Counted from the stretch's first letter, positions 1 through 10,211 are shown. The stretch is 64,000 nt of DNA from Clostridiales bacterium (GCA_022800625.1 JAAWQR010000007.1:4438-68437); one strand, 5' to 3'. Notes: a model not told the origin generated them from the letters alone. Program-made: numbers and translations.

Positions 1-864
1 GGCTGTAATGCTAGCTGCGTTTTTTCCTGTGAAGTCATATTCTACGTTACCGTCTTTTGTGTATATAGAGCCTTTTTTTCCTGAAACATAATCATCAAGA
101 ATTATCGGAAGCTGCGGCGGCTCTTCGTCGGGCATCAGTATTCCCTGTTCGTTTCTCCTGCGAAGTACGGGCCAGTCAATGGGGAAGTGAGTCAGAAAAA
201 TGATCTTCCATTTTTCGGCGTCTGCCTTGCAGGTAAGATCGAGCGCATTGATTACAAATTCAAACTGTCGGCGAGATATATAATATTTCATTCGCTCTCC
301 TGCATTTTTGCACTCAAAATCAATATCAGAGGTGTTCAGATAAATAATTCTCAGGCGAACTTCATCAAAATCGCGGTAGCCGTAATTTGCCGTGACATTT
401 TCGCTGTCTGTTACGGTATTTGAGTTTTTTGAACCTATGAAAGAAAAACGCTCTTTCATACTGAGAGAATCATTATCGTTATACGGAAGAATATCATGGT
501 TTCCGTTCAGCCAAAGCTGAGGTATTCCGCGTGCGGCGTCTTCCATCATATCTGTGATATCTGCAGCATCTCTCAGGGAATCGATTTTTGTCGAGTTTGG
601 CCCTCCGACTATATAATCGCCGAGAAAAACCGCAAGATCCGGTTTGACCTCAGACGCAATAATCTTAAGTGCATCAGCCGCATGAGTGACGCCTGTTCTT
701 GTTTCTTCATTGATCGGATAGTGAAAATCCGAAAACATGGCGATGCTGAAACTGCTCGCACTTTGATGTGAAAGTACTTTAGCGGCACATTTTTTGCATT
801 CATCGTATACATAATTCGGTATACTTTGCCTCTGTGCAGAGGATGTGATGTCGGTGTTTTTCAT
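1..864 (-). CDS. calcineurin-like metallophosphoesterase; C-terminus runs off the left edge
   Basis: Absent from the ORF track because it is edge-truncated. My own translation from ATG at 864-862 (GGAGA about 10 nt upstream) stays open for 288 codons to position 1 (MKNTDITSS...). Motifs MFSDFHY, FLGDYIVGG, LNGNHD and FLTHFP fit the DXH/GD/GNHD/H metallophosphatase signature. Confidence 0.8.
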   Translation of the reverse strand, partial: MKNTDITSSAQRQSIPNYVYDECKKCAAKVLSHQSASSFSIAMFSDFHYPINEETRTGVTHAADALKIIASEVKPDLAVFLGDYIVGGPNSTKIDSLRDAADITDMMEDAARGIPQLWLNGNHDILPYNDNDSLSMKERFSFIGSKNSNTVTDSENVTANYGYRDFDEVRLRIIYLNTSDIDFECKNAGERMKYYISRRQFEFVINALDLTCKADAEKWKIIFLTHFPIDWPVLRRRNEQGILMPDEEPPQLPIILDDYVSGKKGSIYTKDGNVEYDFTGKNAASITA

Positions 865-1046
865 ACGAATCTTTTATGTCTCCGTTCGGAATTTATAAAG
901 CTTACGGTATGTAGATATTATACGATAACTCGGTTCAATTTTCAAGTACCTGAAACACTGATAAACCTATTTATCACAGATATACTTAAGGCTGCTCGAA
1001 TTTAATACAGATAAATATTATATTACCGGGATAATATCCGTAACAC

Positions 1047-1093
1047 ATAAAAAATCAAAATCCCGCACCTGAAGTTTATCGGGGTGCGGGATT
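1047..1093 (-). terminator. intrinsic terminator of the small XRE gene (copy A)
   Basis: Arms aatcccgcacc (1059-1069) and ggtgcgggatt (1083-1093) pair. On the minus strand the hairpin is followed by ttgatttttt. Confidence 0.7.
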
Positions 1094-1150
1094 ATTGTAC
1101 GTCAGTCTCCTATGCAGTCAATCGGTGAGAAAAGATCAACTTTTCTTTTT

Positions 1151-1387
1151 CTAATCTTCCTTCTTCGGAGCTTCCTTGCCTATGCAGGGATTAAGATCGC
1201 CGAGATTCATATCAAGAGCAGACGCAATAACCATAACAGTAGGCCATTCTACTGTTTTTCCGTTTTCCAAGTTTTTAATGGTCTCTGCCGCTATATTACA
1301 TTCGATCGACAATTTTTCCCTTGATTTACCCGATTCGGTTCTGATCTTACGTATGATATCCTTGATCTCTGTTTTTTGGGTGCTCAT
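1151..1387 (-). CDS. small XRE-family HTH protein (copy A of a duplicated cassette)
   Basis: 78-aa ORF with AGGAGG upstream. The HTH_3-like core is ...SREKLSIECNIAAETIKNLENGK.... It is a paralog of the ORF at 38770-39021 and shares the tail DLGDLNPCIGKEAP. Confidence 0.8.
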   Translation of the reverse strand: MSTQKTEIKDIIRKIRTESGKSREKLSIECNIAAETIKNLENGKTVEWPTVMVIASALDMNLGDLNPCIGKEAPKKED

Positions 1388-1714
1388 TTTATCACCTCCT
1401 TCCTTAATTTTCTAATACCATTGTATTAGGTAATAAACTAACGAAAACAGTAACTAACATACCCCTTATGTAAATAATATAAGTAAAAATATCATATATA
1501 ATGTAAATTTTACGCCCAGACAATAATATAATGCAACCAATTGTAAAATAGGTAAATATAAGGGTGCAAAAAAAGCTTGTTTTAAGCCTTACACCCTTAT
1601 TTTGTTATAAAAAGCATATGCGGAAAAGCTTTTTGACGGCTGACAGTCCGCAGACGTGCTTTAAACACTTTATGATTATGGCTCAGCTCCCTAACTTTGA
1701 CGTACACATTTTGA

Positions 1715-1743
1715 TTGACAATATAAGCTCTTTATGGTAAAAT
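1715..1743 (+). promoter_or_regulatory. sigma-A-like promoter upstream of murJ
   Basis: TTGACA (1715-1720), 17 nt, TAAAAT (1738-1743). Confidence 0.55.
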
Positions 1744-1800
1744 TGTAATTATATAAAAGAAAGCTTTTTAATGCGAAAAACAACGGAGATATAAAACCTG

Positions 1801-3348
1801 ATGTCAGAAAAGAAAAAAAAGACCGGCATACTCGGATATGCGGCGATAATGGGCATAATTATCCTGTTTTCCAAGGTTCTCGGTCTGTTCAGAGATATAC
1901 TGGTCGCAAATTTTTACGGTACGGGTACGGAATCGATTGCATATGAGGCGGCGTCGCGTATTCCCGTTACGATATTCGATCTTGTGATCGGGGGGGTTGT
2001 TTCCTCTGCGTTCATTCCCGTGTTTAATTCGGTCCTTGTAAAAAAAGGCAAGAAAGACGCGATGGATTTTGCAAATTCATACGTGAATTTTATTCTTCTT
2101 ATTTGCACCGTTATAGCGGCTCTCGGTATGATTTTTGCAAAGGGACTCGTGACTCTTGTAGCTCCCGATATAAGCGCCGAGGCGGCGGAGCTTGCCGTAA
2201 GGCTTACAAGAATTATGTTTCCTATGATAATATTCACGGGACTTGCGTATTCATTTGTCGGAGTTTTGCAGTCGCTCGGAGAATATAATCTTCCGGCTCT
2301 TATCAGTCTTTTCTCCAACACTATAATGGTGGTTTATCTCTTTACGCTGAATCGCTTTTTCGGCGTTGTGGGACTTTCCGTCGCAATGCTGCTCGGCTGG
2401 GCGTCTCAGGCAATTGTCCAGATACCGAAAGTTCATTCATTTGGTTTCAGATATCGTCCGAAAGTCAAAATATTCGATCCGACGCTTATGAGAGCTGCAA
2501 AAAATGCTCTGCCGATACTTGTCGGAACGTGGACAACCCCTATCTGTAATGTTATAAACACGCGTTATGCTTCCGATATCGAAAACGGACGTGCGATTAC
2601 CGTGCTGGGATATGCAAACAGACTGTATATCATGATCGTCGGACTGTTTTCATTTGTTGCAACAAATCTTCTTTTTCCCTATTTCTCACGTGCCGAGGCT
2701 TCGGGAGACCGTGAGGGCGCGTCTAAAATGATACGTACATCTGTTAAAACCTTGATATATATTATCGCGCCTATTGCTGTTGGAATTATGTTTCTTTCCG
2801 AACCGTTTACCGCCATTGTGTATGAACGCGGAAGCTTTGATGCGGGCGACACGGTTCTCACTGCTCAGGCATTGTCAAAATATGCTGTCGGAATGTTGTT
2901 TATGGCGGCAAACGAGGTCATGGTAAAGGCCTTGTTTGCGGCGGAGAAATCGAAGCTTCCGATGTTTTCCTCACTTGCGGCGCTTGTGTTTAATATTATT
3001 CTCGTATCCAATTTCAGCTCTCGGCTCGGAGTCGGCGGGATAGCTCTTGTTTCAAGTATTGCAACAGTTATAAATCTTGTTATAAACCTTATTTTTGCTC
3101 ACCGTACGGGAGTATGCCGCTTCGGCGGACGGGATGTTCTCGATATCGTATCGTCGGTTGTATCGGCGGCTGCCATGATACCCGTAATATTCCTTGTTAA
3201 ATCGCAATTTGCATCAAATATTACGTGTGTTGCGCTTTCTGTGATTGCCGCGGCTCCCGTATACTTTATCGTAAGCCTGGCTCTTCGGTCTGAGGAAGCA
3301 AAATTTATAACAAATGCAGTAAAAACTAAGCTGAAACGCGGAAGATAA
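1801..3348 (+). CDS. murJ: lipid II flippase MurJ/MviN
   Basis: 515-aa polytopic protein. The N-terminus LFSKVLGLFRDILVANFYGTG...AYEAASRIP is typical of MurJ. GGAGA RBS. Confidence 0.9.
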   Translation: MSEKKKKTGILGYAAIMGIIILFSKVLGLFRDILVANFYGTGTESIAYEAASRIPVTIFDLVIGGVVSSAFIPVFNSVLVKKGKKDAMDFANSYVNFILLICTVIAALGMIFAKGLVTLVAPDISAEAAELAVRLTRIMFPMIIFTGLAYSFVGVLQSLGEYNLPALISLFSNTIMVVYLFTLNRFFGVVGLSVAMLLGWASQAIVQIPKVHSFGFRYRPKVKIFDPTLMRAAKNALPILVGTWTTPICNVINTRYASDIENGRAITVLGYANRLYIMIVGLFSFVATNLLFPYFSRAEASGDREGASKMIRTSVKTLIYIIAPIAVGIMFLSEPFTAIVYERGSFDAGDTVLTAQALSKYAVGMLFMAANEVMVKALFAAEKSKLPMFSSLAALVFNIILVSNFSSRLGVGGIALVSSIATVINLVINLIFAHRTGVCRFGGRDVLDIVSSVVSAAAMIPVIFLVKSQFASNITCVALSVIAAAPVYFIVSLALRSEEAKFITNAVKTKLKRGR

Positions 3349-3418
3349 AGACTCTCATTTTGACTGGAATACAACTGTTCGGCTTATGTAATCGGCTTGT
3401 GTAAAAACGAAGAAAGGT

Positions 3419-4561
3419 ATGGTTAAGACTATGACTAAGATAAAAATACTGCATGTTCTGACGGACTTCAATATAGGCGGTGCGGGAATCCTCCTTATAA
3501 ACTATCTGCACTGCTTTGACCGCGAAAAATACGATATTGCCGTGTGTCTCCCGAGGAATGCGGCTTTGAAGCCTCAGGTTGAAGCAGAGGGGTACCGCGT
3601 GATCGAGCTTGAGCACGGACAGGACAAATCCTTTGAAATGGCGGCTGTTCCCGAATTTATAAAAATATTCAAGGCTGAAAAGCCTGATATAGTTCACACA
3701 CATTCCGCGTTTTCCGCAAAGCTTGGTGCATTTCTTGCGGGTGTTAAAAGCCGCATATATACGCGCCACTGCGTATTTGATATGCCGAAAAGACTGACAA
3801 CATTTCCGGGAAAGCAGATAAACGGATTTATAAACAACACACTCTCTACTCAGATTGTTGCCGTTGCGCATGCTGCGATGGATAATCTCACGGAAACGGG
3901 AGTGGATGCGAAAAAGATCACCGTTATCATCAACGGAGTTCGTCCGATACCCTCTGTCAGCGATGAGGAAAAAGCGAAGATGCGTGAGAGTCTCGGAATT
4001 TCCGAGAGCACATTTGTTGCGGGAATTCCAGCGCGCCTCGAATCATATAAGGGGCACTCGTATCTTGTCGAAGCAATACGCGAGGTTGCACTAAAACATG
4101 ACGATGTAAAATTTCTCTTTATGGGCAGAGGCTCAGAGGAAGAAAATCTGAAAACGCAGGCAAAAGAACTCGGCGTTGATGATAAAATAATCTTTACGGG
4201 TTTTATCTCCGATCTTGTTCCGTATTATAATATAATGGATCTTAACCTCAACTGTTCTTACGGAACAGAAGCTTCCTCAATGTCGCTTGCCGAGGGAATG
4301 AGTCTCGGTGTTCCGGCAGTAGTCACGACCTTCGGGGGGAATCCGTATATGGTAACGGAGGGCGTTAACGGCTTGCTTGTGCCGCCGAAAGATTCTCATG
4401 CCATGGCAGAAGCGATAATCCGCGTGATAGACGATAAAGCCTTGCTTGAACATCTCGGACGCGGTGCGCTTGAAGAGTATGAAAAGAAGTTTACGGCTGA
4501 GGCAATGACGCGCAGTCTTGAAGCAATATATGACGCCGAAGCGGCGCGCATCGGCAGATAA
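3419..4561 (+). CDS. glycosyltransferase family 4 (GT-B)
   Basis: 380 aa. N-terminal KILHVLTDFNIGGAG and a C-terminal E-x7-E-like region (SYGTEASSMSLAEGMSLGVPAVVT). An alternative start at 3431 is possible. Confidence 0.85.
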   Translation: MVKTMTKIKILHVLTDFNIGGAGILLINYLHCFDREKYDIAVCLPRNAALKPQVEAEGYRVIELEHGQDKSFEMAAVPEFIKIFKAEKPDIVHTHSAFSAKLGAFLAGVKSRIYTRHCVFDMPKRLTTFPGKQINGFINNTLSTQIVAVAHAAMDNLTETGVDAKKITVIINGVRPIPSVSDEEKAKMRESLGISESTFVAGIPARLESYKGHSYLVEAIREVALKHDDVKFLFMGRGSEEENLKTQAKELGVDDKIIFTGFISDLVPYYNIMDLNLNCSYGTEASSMSLAEGMSLGVPAVVTTFGGNPYMVTEGVNGLLVPPKDSHAMAEAIIRVIDDKALLEHLGRGALEEYEKKFTAEAMTRSLEAIYDAEAARIGR

Positions 4562-4606
4562 AATTACTTATCGGCGGCCGGTAATTTAAACGAAAAAGGT
4601 CCGGAA

Positions 4607-5815
4607 ATGACATGCGCTGAGAGTGCAGAACTGCTGTTTTCGGACTCGGAAAGGAACAGTTACGCTATGGTGCGAATATTTCATACGGGAGACGTACATC
4701 TCGACAGCGCGTTTTCAAACTTCTCACCGTCTCACGCTGAGGCAAGAAGACGCGATCTGCGTGCGACGTTTACATCAATGACGCTGTACGCGCAGACACA
4801 GAATATAGATATAATGCTTATCGCGGGAGACCTGTTTGAGGACTCCTTCGCCACAAGAGAGACGATTGACCTTGTTAAGCGCGAGTTTGCAAAGTTAAAG
4901 TGTCCCGTGGTTATAAGTCCCGGAAATCACGATCCGTACTCGGAGAGCGGAATATGGAAAAGCGTCAGCTTTTCCGACAATGTTTATGTTTTTGATTCGG
5001 ACGAGCTGTCGTACTTCGATTTTCCCGATCTCGGTGTACGGGTATTCGGCTGGTCGTTTACTTCAAAGCGAATGGAAGTCTCCCCTCTCACAGGTAAGTC
5101 CGTGCGCGATTTTGAGGGCGGCGAAAATTATATAAATCTGCTCTGTGCTCACTGTGACCTTACCTCGCCGATATCAAAAGACTGTCCCGTAACTTTGCAG
5201 GAGCTGAAAGGCTTCGGAGCAGACTACTGCGCTCTCGGTCACATACATAATCCGACGGATTACGGAGACGGAATTGCATACTGCGGTTGTCCCGAGGGAA
5301 GAGCTTTTGATGAGAAAGGACCTAAGGGCGCACTTGTTGTTACGGTTTCGGATAATGATGCGGTTTTCGGTCAAAGTTCGGATTCGGGGCGCAGGATTAC
5401 GGTAAGAAAAGAGCGTTTTTCAAAACGCCGCTATGAGGAGGATATTCTCCGTGTTGACGGAGCGGCTTCCAACGGAGAGCTGAGGGATATGATATCCTCA
5501 TATCTGACATCTTCAAAATTCGGCGATGATACGATTTTGCGCCTTACGCTGACGGGAGAAATATCTCCTTCATTCGTGCTCAGCTCTCCTTACCTTGAGT
5601 CTGAGCCTCCGCGCATTTTTGCACTGAAAATTCTCGATAAAACAACCCCTGCGCTGGATATAGACGCTTTGAGAGCCGATCCGACGCTGAAAGGTGAATT
5701 TTTCAGACAGCTGGAAGATAAGCTTACGTCAAACGATCCTGACACAAGAGCCGTTGCAGCGCTTGCGCTGAGAGCGGGACTTGCGGCTCTTGCAGGCGAA
5801 GCTGTGACGGAATAA
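4607..5815 (+). CDS. SbcD/Mre11-like DNA repair exonuclease (YhaO/SbcF type)
   Basis: Motifs FHTGDVHLD, IAGDLFE, SPGNHD and LGHIH. The true start is probably ATG 4667 (MVRIFHTGD). Confidence 0.85.
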   Translation: MTCAESAELLFSDSERNSYAMVRIFHTGDVHLDSAFSNFSPSHAEARRRDLRATFTSMTLYAQTQNIDIMLIAGDLFEDSFATRETIDLVKREFAKLKCPVVISPGNHDPYSESGIWKSVSFSDNVYVFDSDELSYFDFPDLGVRVFGWSFTSKRMEVSPLTGKSVRDFEGGENYINLLCAHCDLTSPISKDCPVTLQELKGFGADYCALGHIHNPTDYGDGIAYCGCPEGRAFDEKGPKGALVVTVSDNDAVFGQSSDSGRRITVRKERFSKRRYEEDILRVDGAASNGELRDMISSYLTSSKFGDDTILRLTLTGEISPSFVLSSPYLESEPPRIFALKILDKTTPALDIDALRADPTLKGEFFRQLEDKLTSNDPDTRAVAALALRAGLAALAGEAVTE

Positions 5816-5835
5816 TATACAGAAAGGCTCACAAA

Positions 5836-8103
5836 ATGTACATAAAGCATCTGCATATAGCGGCATTCGGTCCTGTTACGGACGCGGACTTTTCATTTAA
5901 AAATTCTCTCAATGTAATTGAGGGAGAAAATGAGTCGGGCAAAAGCGCCGTGGCAATGTTTATCAAATTTATATTTTACGGTCTGTCGGCAAAGGCTGCC
6001 GACGGAGCCGATTTGCCCGAAAAGAGAAAATATATTAACTGGGAAAAAGGCTATGCCGCAGGCTATGCCGTATGCGTGATCGAAGACGGCGGAATGAAAA
6101 AAGAAATCAGAGTAGAGCGTACGCTGACTTCTCGCATAGCTTCTGACGGAAAAATAAAGTACGACGAAAAGATCGCCGTGCTGGATAATGAGACCTCCAT
6201 GCCGATAAAGATCACGACGTCTCCGGGAGAATTTTTCTTCGGAGTACCCGAGGCGGTGTTTAAAAGCAGCGCATTTTCCTCTCAGTCGGGAGATGTTCGT
6301 CCCGACAGTACTGCTGTAGGCGAATCTATCGAAAATATAATAAATTCGGCTGACGAAAACATAAGCATAAAAAAAGCTGTCGATATTCTTGAAAAAGGCC
6401 GCAAAAAGCTTATGCACAGGAATCGCACGGGCGGCGAGATTTGCGAACTTGAACGGGAACGCGACAGGCTTGAAAAAAATCTTGAAGAATCCGCGGAAGA
6501 ACTGGCGCGGCTCAGAAAAACAGGCTCATCTCTGACAGATACCTCGGCAAAGCTTGATGCTGCAAGGGAGAGGGAGAAAGAGATACGCGAGCTGTCTCTT
6601 GCAGTTGAAACTTTTGAAACGGCAAAAAAATTTGAAAACATTCACAAAACAGAACAGGATATAGCCGATTTAAAGGAAAAAATAAGATTTGAGGCTAAAA
6701 GCGGAGCTGATGAAAGCTTTACTTCAAAGCTTACAATATCCATAAGAGATCTTGACAGATATGAAAAGCTTAAAGGCGAATATACCGAAAAGTATAACGA
6801 AAGAGATATTTTTGAAGAGCATGACGACAGCGGCGTTACAGCGGAGGGAGCGGCTCTGAAAAAATCGGGAGGAATCCTGTTTAATACGGGAACCGTTCTT
6901 CTGATTATCGGTCTTCTCGGTATTATCGGAAGCGCGGCTCTGTATCTTATGAAACACAGCATGTTTGTACCTGCGGCAATTGTTACTGCACTTTTGGCAA
7001 TTTCAGGCTGTGTGACGATGGCGCTCGGAGTCCGCAAAAGCTCCGCGCTGTCAAAACTACTCGAAAAATACGACGCAGCCGATCTTGAAGAACTTGCGGG
7101 AATCGTTTCTGACGATAATCATGCGCAGCGTGAGCTTGAAGGTCTGCGTGCAGCACTCGACGCTGCCGAAAATGCCGCACGGGAGGCTGTAGCAACCCTT
7201 GATACGCTGTCTCAGACGGCAGGACTGCGGGATACTGCAAAAAATCTGTCTCCTGCCGACACAGCAAAGCTGCTTGCCGAATATGTGAAAGAGCATATCG
7301 CCGCCCGCCGCAGAGCTGAATCGGATTCGGCGCAGCTTGAAGGAAGGCTCGGAGAAATGCGGTCTTCTCTCGCGGGAATTAACGAAGCGGAGCTTAAAAA
7401 CGAAGTTTTACGTTTGGCACAAACAGATGCGGGACGGCGCGCTGAGAATATGAATCAGAGTGAGATAGACGGAATAGTACGCGAGCGTGATTTTCTGAAG
7501 CAGAAGATCGAAATGCTGGCAGGTCGTAAAACAGACCTTGAACGTGACTTTGCCGTTCTTTCCGCGACAAATCCGTCGCCTGCCGAAACCGCCGAAAAGC
7601 TTGCGGCAATCGATGAGAAGCTTTCACGTCTCAGACGCTCGCACAGCGCATATATTATGGCTCTTGAGGCTATTGAAGCGTCAAGTGACAGCGTGCGCTC
7701 ATCTGTAATTCCCCGTATAACGAAGGGTGCGTCCGAAATAATGAGTAAACTTACAGGCGGAAAATACAGTGAGCTTGGTCTGTCACCCGATTTCGGAATG
7801 AGCTTCAGAACAAACAACTTCGGAACGCGCGAGCTTGACTTTATGTCGGACGGAACGCGCGACGCCGCTTATATTTCACTCAGGCTTGCTCTTATTAAGG
7901 CTATATTTGAAAAGGATTCTGTTCCGCCGGTTATATTTGACGAAAGCTTTGCTTATATGGATAAAAACAGAGTGCGCTCGGCGATAGAAGCTCTTGAAAG
8001 TGCGGATATGCAGATATTTTTGTTCACCTGCCGCGAGCTTGAAGGAACTCTCGCGAAAGACAGCAGTGCGCTTTGCCGCATGCCGTCTCCCAAAGCTGTG
8101 TAA
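5836..8103 (+). CDS. SbcC/Rad50-like AAA ATPase (YhaN/SbcE type) with an internal TM hairpin
   Basis: Walker A GENESGKS lies at the N-terminus. A long charged coiled-coil-like middle follows. A Walker B-like PPVIFDESFAYMD lies at the C-terminus. Two hydrophobic helices are encoded at about 6871-7035. Confidence 0.85.
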   Translation: MYIKHLHIAAFGPVTDADFSFKNSLNVIEGENESGKSAVAMFIKFIFYGLSAKAADGADLPEKRKYINWEKGYAAGYAVCVIEDGGMKKEIRVERTLTSRIASDGKIKYDEKIAVLDNETSMPIKITTSPGEFFFGVPEAVFKSSAFSSQSGDVRPDSTAVGESIENIINSADENISIKKAVDILEKGRKKLMHRNRTGGEICELERERDRLEKNLEESAEELARLRKTGSSLTDTSAKLDAAREREKEIRELSLAVETFETAKKFENIHKTEQDIADLKEKIRFEAKSGADESFTSKLTISIRDLDRYEKLKGEYTEKYNERDIFEEHDDSGVTAEGAALKKSGGILFNTGTVLLIIGLLGIIGSAALYLMKHSMFVPAAIVTALLAISGCVTMALGVRKSSALSKLLEKYDAADLEELAGIVSDDNHAQRELEGLRAALDAAENAAREAVATLDTLSQTAGLRDTAKNLSPADTAKLLAEYVKEHIAARRRAESDSAQLEGRLGEMRSSLAGINEAELKNEVLRLAQTDAGRRAENMNQSEIDGIVRERDFLKQKIEMLAGRKTDLERDFAVLSATNPSPAETAEKLAAIDEKLSRLRRSHSAYIMALEAIEASSDSVRSSVIPRITKGASEIMSKLTGGKYSELGLSPDFGMSFRTNNFGTRELDFMSDGTRDAAYISLRLALIKAIFEKDSVPPVIFDESFAYMDKNRVRSAIEALESADMQIFLFTCRELEGTLAKDSSALCRMPSPKAV

Positions 8104-8162
8104 GTCAAAAATCTGCAAACATATACCCGACTGTAAAACAGGACTGATAATTCGGAAGATTT

Positions 8163-10037
8163 ATGAATAAATTTGATGTTATAGTAGCCGGCGCAGGTCA
8201 TGCCGGCATAGAAGCCGCTCTTGCATGTGCAAGGGTCGGACTTCGCACGGCACTCTTTACGATTTCTCTTGACGGACTTGCAAATATGCCGTGCAATCCG
8301 TCGGTCGGCGGCACGGGAAAGGGACATCTCGTATTTGAGATAGACGCGCTTGGCGGCGAGATGGGATTTGCGGCTGACGCGGCAACGATACAGTCGCGTA
8401 TGCTGAACACCGGAAAAGGCGCGGCTGTGCGCTCAAAGAGAGTTCAGGCAGACAGAACAAAGTACCGTGAGAATATGAAAAGGACTCTTGAGAGCACGGA
8501 AAAACTTTTCCTGATACAGGCGGAGGTCTGCTCGGTACTCACGGAAAAAACAGGGGGCGAACTGCGTGCCGTCGGCGTTTATGCCGAACCCGGCGGCGAA
8601 TTTTTATCGAGTGCTGTTATAATATGCGCAGGAACTTACCTCGGCGGCGTAACGCATGTAGGAGACGTAAGCCGCAGCGGAGGACCTGACGGAATGCTCC
8701 CGTCGTCAGGTCTTACAGGATATCTGAGGGACGCGGGTATCAGGCTGATGCGCTTCAAAACAGGTACTCCGCCGCGAATCCATAAAAGGTCGATAGATTT
8801 TGACGTTCTTGAGCTTCAGCAGGGCGACGAATATATCACTCCGTTTTCCGTAAGGACAAACGCCGACGCTCTTAACAGCATAGCTCAGAGCGCATGTCAT
8901 ATCGTCTATACAAGTGAAGCCACGCACAATATAATAAGAGACAATATTTCGCGCTCTCCTCTTTATTCGGGAAAAATTCACGGTACGGGACCTCGTTATT
9001 GCCCGTCAATCGAAGATAAGGTAATGCGTTTCCCGGATAAAGAAAGGCATCAGCTATTTGTCGAGCCTTGCGGACTTGATACCGACGAGATTTATTTACA
9101 GGGATTTTCGTCGTCTTTGCCCGCAGATGTGCAGTATAAAATGCTCCGCAGTCTGCGAGGTTTTGAAGACGCGGAGATTATGCGCTATGCGTATGCGATA
9201 GAATATGACTGCATCGATCCGACAGAGCTTTATCCGACTCTTGAGTTCAAGAAAATATCATCTCTGTACGGCGCAGGACAGTTTAACGGTACATCGGGAT
9301 ATGAGGAAGCCGCGGCGCAGGGACTTGTTGCGGGAATTAACGCTTCTCTTAAAGTAAGAGGAATGGAGCAAATAGTGCTTCCGCGTCAGTCGTCATATAT
9401 AGGTACGCTGATCGATGATTTGGTAACTAAAGGAACACATGAGCCATACAGGATCATGACGAGCCGAAGCGAGTTCAGGCTGCTGCTGAGGCAGGACAAT
9501 GCCGAAAGCCGCCTGACAGAATACGGAGCTGCGGCGGGACTGATCTCAAAAGAGAGAGCTGAAGCTGCCGCTGAGCGCGAAAGAGCGGTAACTGAGGAAT
9601 GTGAACGTCTGGAGCATCTGAACTTCGGACCTGCCGCCGTAAATGCTCTTCTTGAATCTCACGGCACAACCCCTGTCACATCGGGAATCAGTGCGGCTGA
9701 TATGATACGCCGTCCGCAGATCACGTACGATGTTACGGCGGAGCTTGATCCCGAAAGACCTGAGCTGTCTCCGTCTCTTCGCCATCGTGTGGAGACGGAA
9801 ATTAAATATGCAGGCTATGTACGCCGTCAGATAGATGAGGCTAACCGTCAGGCAAAGAGCGAGAACACCCGTCTGCCCGATGATATTGATTACGGCTTAA
9901 TAAAGGGACTGCGTCTTGAGGCGGCAGAAAAATTATCATCTGTCCGTCCGGCGTCGATAGGTCAGGCGTCGCGTATATCGGGGGTAAGCCCTGCCGATAT
10001 ATCGGTACTTATGATCTGGCTCGGAATGAAGAAATAA
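8163..10037 (+). CDS. mnmG: tRNA uridine 5-carboxymethylaminomethyl modification enzyme MnmG (GidA)
   Basis: 624 aa. FAD motif DVIVAGAGHAGIEAA, then NPSVGGTGKGHLVFEIDALGG and a GidA-type C-terminus. Confidence 0.95.
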   Translation: MNKFDVIVAGAGHAGIEAALACARVGLRTALFTISLDGLANMPCNPSVGGTGKGHLVFEIDALGGEMGFAADAATIQSRMLNTGKGAAVRSKRVQADRTKYRENMKRTLESTEKLFLIQAEVCSVLTEKTGGELRAVGVYAEPGGEFLSSAVIICAGTYLGGVTHVGDVSRSGGPDGMLPSSGLTGYLRDAGIRLMRFKTGTPPRIHKRSIDFDVLELQQGDEYITPFSVRTNADALNSIAQSACHIVYTSEATHNIIRDNISRSPLYSGKIHGTGPRYCPSIEDKVMRFPDKERHQLFVEPCGLDTDEIYLQGFSSSLPADVQYKMLRSLRGFEDAEIMRYAYAIEYDCIDPTELYPTLEFKKISSLYGAGQFNGTSGYEEAAAQGLVAGINASLKVRGMEQIVLPRQSSYIGTLIDDLVTKGTHEPYRIMTSRSEFRLLLRQDNAESRLTEYGAAAGLISKERAEAAAERERAVTEECERLEHLNFGPAAVNALLESHGTTPVTSGISAADMIRRPQITYDVTAELDPERPELSPSLRHRVETEIKYAGYVRRQIDEANRQAKSENTRLPDDIDYGLIKGLRLEAAEKLSSVRPASIGQASRISGVSPADISVLMIWLGMKK

Positions 10038-10067
10038 TAAGCCGAGATTTTCACGCACTTTTTTAAA

Positions 10068-10106
10068 TGTCCTCCAAAAGAAAAAATTTTGGAGGGCATA
10101 TTTTCA
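10068..10106 (+). terminator. intrinsic terminator after mnmG
   Basis: Arms tgtcctccaaaa and ttttggagggca form a 12-bp stem with 1 mismatch, followed by tattttc. Confidence 0.7.
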
Positions 10107-10211
10107 ATTTGTCGGTATATTATCGAATTTCTTTGTGGGAATTATACCGCTGATGAGAACGGCTCATAATTGTATTGATAAATAGGTATATAAATGGAGT
10201 GAAATAATAAA

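Noticed and set aside
5893-7817. Multiple long minus-strand ORFs inside the SbcC-like gene (for example 5893-6417, 6642-7037, 7455-7817).
   Set aside because: These are shadow ORFs antisense to a well-supported gene. They have no RBS and low-complexity translations.
4607-8103. Reading the SbcD/SbcC-like pair as a phage-defence system (Lamassu/Gabija-like).
   Set aside because: The gene pair, its sizes and its motifs match the conserved Firmicutes yhaO/yhaN (sbcF/sbcE) repair pair. It sits among core genes with ordinary composition. I kept only the TM-hairpin observation.
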